From NCBI GenBank assembly GCA_027339965.1, contig DAHWNL010000006.1:1-64000 (forward strand): a DNA stretch of 64,000 nt. Direction: 5' to 3'. Under the pieces are notes generated by a model. It was not told the origin of the DNA. It saw nothing but the letters and a program-made list of their open reading frames with translations, and did no database searches. Source of the stretch: Granulicella sp. (GTDB taxonomy: Bacteria; Acidobacteriota; Terriglobia; Terriglobales; Acidobacteriaceae). A program made the position numbers and the translations under genes. Position 1 is the first letter of the stretch, and every line of letters begins with the position of its first letter. Shown in pieces: positions 58,777 through 64,000 of the stretch.

Positions 58777-60392
58777 ACCGTGAGCTCTACGCCTGCGTCC
58801 ATGCAGCCGAACTACCCGCGCAGGCTTTGCTGCGCCTGCGCCCCGAGTTGCGCGCCCAGCCCGTCGTCATATTGGATGGCCCGGCTGCGCAGCAGACCGT
58901 TTGCGCGTTGAATCAACACGCGCGCCGGCGTGGAGCCGCGCTCGGCATGGCGCGGCTGGACGCCGAGAGCCTTGCGGAGATGAAGCTGCTCCGGCGCTCC
59001 ATCCAGGCCGAGAAGGTCTCACGCTCAATCTTGCTGGAATGTGTGTCCCAATTTTCGCCCCGCATCGAAGATGCGCTCTGGAACACTCTCTGGGACGAAG
59101 AGCGGCAAGCCGGCCAAGCTACAGCCTGCGCCTTCGTTCTGGACATCCAGGGCACAGAGCGACTATTCGGTCCGCCCGAGCAGTTGGCGCAAAGATTGCG
59201 CTCTTGCCTCTCCGCAGCCGGCTTTCACGTCTCCATCGCGGTGAGCGCCAACTTCCACACCGCGCGCCTGATCGCTGCGCACAGAGGCGGCATCCACGTG
59301 ATTGCCGAAGGTCAAGAGGCAGCCATGCTGGCCGGCCTTGCTTTGACCGCTCTTGACGGGGATGCCGCTTCGGACACCGATCTGGCAGAGATCCTTGCCC
59401 AATGGGGCATCCGCAATCTGGGCGAGCTGGCCGCTCTTCCAGAGGCGGAACTGATGACGCGCCTCGGCGCCAGGGCTCGCACCTGGAGCGCTCTGGCGCA
59501 GGGCCGGGCAACCTACCTCTTCCGCCCCATCCAGCCTGCGCTGCGGCTGGAAGAGTTCTACGCATTCGAGACTCCGGTCGCACAGATAGACTCGCTTCTG
59601 TTCACCATCGCACGCATGATCGACTGCCTTGCTCAGCGAGCAGAGTCCAGAGCGCTGGCGCTGGCCACGGTCACCGCGCTCATGCAGCTTGAAGACGGCA
59701 GTTCCCATCAGCGCGTCATCCGGCCCGCGCTGCCATCGCTGGACCGCCGCTTCCTGCTCAAGCTCGTACAGATGGAGATCGGAGCGCATCCGCCCCAGGC
59801 CGCGGTTACTTCGCTGCTGCTCCAGGCCGAGCCTGGACAGAGCCGTCAGATGCAGCTTGGACTCTTCACCCCGCAGATGCCTGAACCTTCGCGGCTGGAC
59901 GTCACTCTGGCGCGCCTCAAGTCGATCGTGGGAGAAGACCGCGTCGGCTCGCCCGTGCTGGAAGACACGCACCGGGCAGACAGCTTTCACATGCTGAGCT
60001 TGATCGCTGGCCACGCCGGCGCAGACCAGAGACTACAAGGCGGCTCCGGTCAGGCTCCACAAGCGCCTAAGCTGCAGTTCCATCGACTCTGTCTACGCCG
60101 CATGCGTCCTCCGCGGCCGGTGAGCGTTTTGCTGCACGCCGGCCGGCCTGCTGTCTTTCACGATCGCAAGCAAAGCTTCAAAATCACGGCAGCCTATGGC
60201 CCTTGGAACAGCAGCGGTTGCTGGTGGTCTGCCGCAGCCTGGGAGAGCGGCCTGGAGCCCCATGGCAGCGCGGCATGGAACAGCGCCGAGTGGGATCTGC
60301 TGGCCACCTCGCCGGATGGCGCGCCCTGCGCCTGCCTGCTGAGCCACGACATCCAAGGGAACATCTGGCATCTGGAGGCGTTCTATGACTGA
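58773..60392 (+). CDS. imuB: ImuB, inactive Y-family polymerase
   Basis: Y-family-like fold (QFSPRIE, LDIQGTERLFG, WGIRNLGELA) and QLGLF beta-clamp motif; ATGA overlap with imuA. Confidence 0.88.
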   Translation: MNRELYACVHAAELPAQALLRLRPELRAQPVVILDGPAAQQTVCALNQHARRRGAALGMARLDAESLAEMKLLRRSIQAEKVSRSILLECVSQFSPRIEDALWNTLWDEERQAGQATACAFVLDIQGTERLFGPPEQLAQRLRSCLSAAGFHVSIAVSANFHTARLIAAHRGGIHVIAEGQEAAMLAGLALTALDGDAASDTDLAEILAQWGIRNLGELAALPEAELMTRLGARARTWSALAQGRATYLFRPIQPALRLEEFYAFETPVAQIDSLLFTIARMIDCLAQRAESRALALATVTALMQLEDGSSHQRVIRPALPSLDRRFLLKLVQMEIGAHPPQAAVTSLLLQAEPGQSRQMQLGLFTPQMPEPSRLDVTLARLKSIVGEDRVGSPVLEDTHRADSFHMLSLIAGHAGADQRLQGGSGQAPQAPKLQFHRLCLRRMRPPRPVSVLLHAGRPAVFHDRKQSFKITAAYGPWNSSGCWWSAAAWESGLEPHGSAAWNSAEWDLLATSPDGAPCACLLSHDIQGNIWHLEAFYD

Positions 60393-63300
60393 GCCAGAAG
60401 CTCCTGCTCCCAACACACGCCCTGCCGGCAAGCCGGTCTGTCACCCCAACGACGCCCTGTGCCCTACGGAGCCGGCGCCGGCTCGCGCTTCATCTTGGCC
60501 GGGAAGCGGCTACGTCGAGCTGCACGCCTCCAGCGCCTTCAGCTTCCTCGCCGCAGCAGCGCAGCCCGAGGCGCTGGTAGAGCAGGCCGCGGCGTTGTGC
60601 ATGCCCGCCATGGCTCTGGCCGATCGCAACGGCCTCTACGGCGCAGCACGCTTCCACACCGAAGCCCGGCGGCACAGTCTGCAAGCGCACATCGGCGCAG
60701 AGATCGCCGTGGCCTGCTTGGGCAAACAGCTTACCCCGCCATCTTGGCTGCCGCATCAGCATCCAGCCCAGCCGCCGCGCATCACTCTGCTCTGCGCCTC
60801 GCAGACCGGCTACCAGAACCTCTGCCAGCTCATCACCCGCTTCAAGATGCGCGCAGGCACAAAAGCGGAGAGCGCGGCAACACTTGACGATCTGGAGGAG
60901 TTCTCCGCCGGCCTGATCTGCCTGACCGGCGGCCAGGAAGGACCGCTCGCCGCCGCTCTCGCTCATGGCGGCCAGCAACAGATACATCCTGTGCTGGAGC
61001 GGCTGGCCTCCATCTACGGCCACGGCAATCTTTATCTCGAACTGCAGCGCCACCAGGAGCGTCAGCAGGAGCAGCGCAACCAGGCCCTGCTCTCCGCCGC
61101 CATCCGCTACCACCTGCCCGTAATCGCCACCAATGGTGTGCGCTACGCAGTCGAGAAGGACCGCAAACTACTGGACCTGATGACCGCAATTCGCCATCAC
61201 ACCACGCTGGAACGAGCAGGCCGCCTGCTCTCCGTCAACTCCCAGCGCCGCCTGCGCACCCCAGCGGAGATGGCCGCGCTCTTCCAGGACCTGCCGGAGG
61301 CCATTGCCAATACCATCATCGTGAGCAGCCGCCTCGGCTTCACCCTCGACAAGCTAGGCTACGAGTTTCCCCGTTACCCTGTGCCGCAGGGCGAGACCAT
61401 GGACAGCTTTCTCGCCCGCCGCGTCGCCGAGGGCGTCGAGCTTCGCTATGGCTCCTCCTGTAAGCGGCATCTGCTCGCCAGGGCGCGCACCCAGGTGGCC
61501 CATGAGCTGGCTCTCATCGCAAAGCTCGGCTTCTCGGGCTACTTTCTCATCGTCTGGGATCTCATCCGCTTTTGCCAGAGCCATGGATTTCTCGTGCAGG
61601 GACGCGGCTCTGCAGCCAACTCCGCGGTCTGCTACGCCCTGCAGATCACAGCCGTCGATCCGGTCGGCATGGAGCTGCTCTTCGAGCGCTTTCTCAGCGA
61701 AGACCGTGGCGAGTGGCCGGACATCGACCTGGATCTCGCCTCCGGTGAAGAGCGCGAACAGGTCATCCAGTACCTCTATCAGCGCTACGGACCGCTCGGA
61801 GCGGCCATGACCGCCAACGTCATCACCTACCGCAGCCGCTCAGCCGCGCGCGAGGTGGGCAAGGCGATGGGCTTTGAGCCCGAACAGATCGCGCGTCTCT
61901 CCTCTTTGCTGGGCCACTGGGAGTGGCGCGGACCCCATGACACCCTTGAACAGCACTTCGCACAGGCCGGCCTGGACATCCGCCATCCCCGCATCGCCTG
62001 CTATCTGGATCTCTGCAGCCGCCTCAAGGAGATGCCGCGGCATCTCGGCCAGCACTCCGGCGGCATGGTCATTTGCGCCGGCATGCTCAACCGGGTGGTT
62101 CCCATCGAACCTGCCTCCATGCCTGGCCGTACCGTGATTCAGTGGGACAAGGAAGACTGCGCCGACATGGGCCTCATCAAAGTGGATCTGCTCGGCCTGG
62201 GCATGATGGCCGCGCTTCGGGAGACCATCGATCTGATTCCCCTCCACTACGGCCGGCAGGTGGACCTGGCTGCGTTGCCGGAGGATCCTCTGGTCTACCA
62301 GACGCTGCGGCAAGCGGACACCGTGGGCATGTTCCAGGTGGAGAGCCGCGCCCAGATGGCCTCGCTTCCGCACAACGCCCCGCAGCGCTTCTACGATCTT
62401 GTCGTGCAGGTGGCCATCATCCGACCCGGCCCCATCGTGGGCAAGATGATGCATCCCTACATGCGCCGCCGTCAGGGCAAGGAGCCGGTGAGCTATCCGC
62501 ATCCTCTGCTGGAGCCTGTGCTCAAGCGCACCTTGGGAGTGCCGCTCTTTCAGGAGCAACTGCTGCGCATGGCCATGGCCGTAGCCGATTTTACCGGCGC
62601 CGAAGCGGAGCAACTGCGCCGCGCGGTCGGCATGCGCCGCTCCATGCAGCGCATGAAGGATCTGGAAGGACGCCTGCGCGCCGGCATGACGCGCAACGGC
62701 ATCGGAGCCCAGACTCAGGACAACATCGTGCAGGCCATCAGTTCCTTCGCTATGTACGGCTTTCCTGAGTCGCACGCGGCCAGCTTCGCGCTGATTGCCT
62801 ACGCATCGGCCTACCTCAAGGTCCATTATCTGGCTGCGTTCACCTGCGGCCTGCTCAACAACCAGCCCATGGGCTTCTACTCGCCCGCCGTCCTCGTCAA
62901 GGATGCCCAGCGCCACGGCCTGTGCGTTCATCCCATCGATGTGCAACGCTCCTTCTGGCGCTGCACGCTGGAAAAGGAACCTGACGGCGCGCTCTCTCTG
63001 CGCCTTGGCCTGAACTATGCCAAAGGCCTGCGCCAGAGCTCGGCTCAGGCTCTTCTGGCCGCCAGAACCAACGATGGTCTCTTCCCTTCCGTGGACCTGC
63101 TTGTCCAGCGCGTGCCTGAACTCAGCCGCAAGGAGGTCACTCTGCTGGCCCACATCGGAGCACTCAACTGGCTAGGCAGCCCGGAGCGCTGCACCGGCCA
63201 ACCACCCCGCGTCCTGCATCGCCGTGAAGCTCTCTGGCAGGCAGCCCAGGCCGCTCGCCCCGTGGGGCCGTTGCTGCGCCCGGCTCATCCATCCAGCGAT

Positions 63301-63738
63301 ACCACCTGCGACTCATCGGCCTCCACCGAGCAGGTCCGTCTGCGGCCCATGACCGCCTCCGAACGGCTGGCCGCCGACTTTGCCGGCACCGGCCTCACCA
63401 CTGGCCCGCATCTCCTGGCCTATCGCCGCTCCGCCTTATGCCGTCAGGGCATCCTGCCCGCCGATGCTCTGACGCACTGCCCCAACCACAGTCACGTTCG
63501 CATCGCCGGCTGCGTCATCGCCCGCCAACGGCCGGGCACGGCCAAAGGATTCGTCTTTCTCTCCCTGGAGGATGAAACCGGCATCGCCAACGTCATCATC
63601 ACCCCCGGCCTGTTTGAAGAGCAACGCCTGCTGGTCACGCGCAGCCGGTTTCTACTCGTCGCCGGCCCGGTACAGAATCAGGACGGCGTCATCCACGTCA
63701 AAGCGCAAAACATCTCGCCGCTGGAAGCTTGTGAATAA
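60385..63738 (+). CDS. dnaE2: Error-prone DNA polymerase DnaE2 (ImuC)
   Basis: ELHASSAFSFL, GRGSAANSAVCY, PDIDLD, QVESRAQM, YGFPESHA, QPMGFY and RQRPGTAKG motifs. Confidence 0.96.
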   Translation: MTEPEAPAPNTRPAGKPVCHPNDALCPTEPAPARASSWPGSGYVELHASSAFSFLAAAAQPEALVEQAAALCMPAMALADRNGLYGAARFHTEARRHSLQAHIGAEIAVACLGKQLTPPSWLPHQHPAQPPRITLLCASQTGYQNLCQLITRFKMRAGTKAESAATLDDLEEFSAGLICLTGGQEGPLAAALAHGGQQQIHPVLERLASIYGHGNLYLELQRHQERQQEQRNQALLSAAIRYHLPVIATNGVRYAVEKDRKLLDLMTAIRHHTTLERAGRLLSVNSQRRLRTPAEMAALFQDLPEAIANTIIVSSRLGFTLDKLGYEFPRYPVPQGETMDSFLARRVAEGVELRYGSSCKRHLLARARTQVAHELALIAKLGFSGYFLIVWDLIRFCQSHGFLVQGRGSAANSAVCYALQITAVDPVGMELLFERFLSEDRGEWPDIDLDLASGEEREQVIQYLYQRYGPLGAAMTANVITYRSRSAAREVGKAMGFEPEQIARLSSLLGHWEWRGPHDTLEQHFAQAGLDIRHPRIACYLDLCSRLKEMPRHLGQHSGGMVICAGMLNRVVPIEPASMPGRTVIQWDKEDCADMGLIKVDLLGLGMMAALRETIDLIPLHYGRQVDLAALPEDPLVYQTLRQADTVGMFQVESRAQMASLPHNAPQRFYDLVVQVAIIRPGPIVGKMMHPYMRRRQGKEPVSYPHPLLEPVLKRTLGVPLFQEQLLRMAMAVADFTGAEAEQLRRAVGMRRSMQRMKDLEGRLRAGMTRNGIGAQTQDNIVQAISSFAMYGFPESHAASFALIAYASAYLKVHYLAAFTCGLLNNQPMGFYSPAVLVKDAQRHGLCVHPIDVQRSFWRCTLEKEPDGALSLRLGLNYAKGLRQSSAQALLAARTNDGLFPSVDLLVQRVPELSRKEVTLLAHIGALNWLGSPERCTGQPPRVLHRREALWQAAQAARPVGPLLRPAHPSSDTTCDSSASTEQVRLRPMTASERLAADFAGTGLTTGPHLLAYRRSALCRQGILPADALTHCPNHSHVRIAGCVIARQRPGTAKGFVFLSLEDETGIANVIITPGLFEEQRLLVTRSRFLLVAGPVQNQDGVIHVKAQNISPLEACE

Positions 63739-63814
63739 ACTCTTGACTCACGCAGCAAGCTCTGCGCAGCCGCAGCATCCCATGGAGCGCGGCCGAGCGC
63801 CCGCTCAGCCACTA

Positions 63815-64000
63815 CTACAGGCCTCCTGCAACATCCTCCTGCCGTAACCGGCCTGCCAGCCGCGCCAGCAACTCCGTGTCCAGCGCCCCTTGGGGATGCT
63901 CCAGCCTGGCCCACAGCACGGCGAAGTTTCCCAGCGTGGAACTCTCAGCCGAGCGGCGCTGCACCGGGACACCGCAAGCCGAGGCCGTCAGCTCATTCAG
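63815..64000 (-). CDS. Partial CDS (3' end), FGGY sugar kinase / rhamnulokinase-like
   Basis: Manual translation LNELTASACGVPVQRRSAESSTLGNFAV...GGL* resembles the FGGY C-terminal motif; runs off the window edge. Confidence 0.55.
   Translation of the reverse strand: MNELTASACGVPVQRRSAESSTLGNFAVLWARLEHPQGALDTELLARLAGRLRQEDVAGGL

Overview
GC-rich chromosomal segment, most likely from an Acidobacteriota (Terriglobia-like) bacterium; the taxon is inferred from gene content only. It is mostly housekeeping and catabolic DNA. It holds a GH2 glycosidase, secG, and a four-gene partner-switching operon (sugar-binding membrane PP2C sensor, GAF-like PP2C, RsbW-like kinase, STAS). A second RsbW/STAS pair lies 23 kb away, and its STAS gene is frameshifted. 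It also carries a tyrosine catabolic operon (hmgA-fahA-hppD-scoAB) with no maleylacetoacetate isomerase, a dead IS5-family element, a uxaE-kinase-SDR operon opposite a LacI regulator with a perfect operator palindrome, an orphan pilT, tRNA-Leu(GAG) and a GH39-GH39-GH144 cluster. The rest comprises a tRNA nucleotidyltransferase with a long histone-like tail, lpxD, tmk, an ileS-lspA-uvrA operon, tonB, sua5, an Hfq-like gene, holB and an imuA-imuB-dnaE2 cassette. I found no CRISPR array, prophage, rRNA or defence system. The best candidates for new biology are the putative carbohydrate-sensing partner switch with no visible sigma factor, a possible kinase-dependent hexuronate route, the tailed nucleotidyltransferase, and a high density of short tandem duplications. 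All are hypotheses; no database searches were run.
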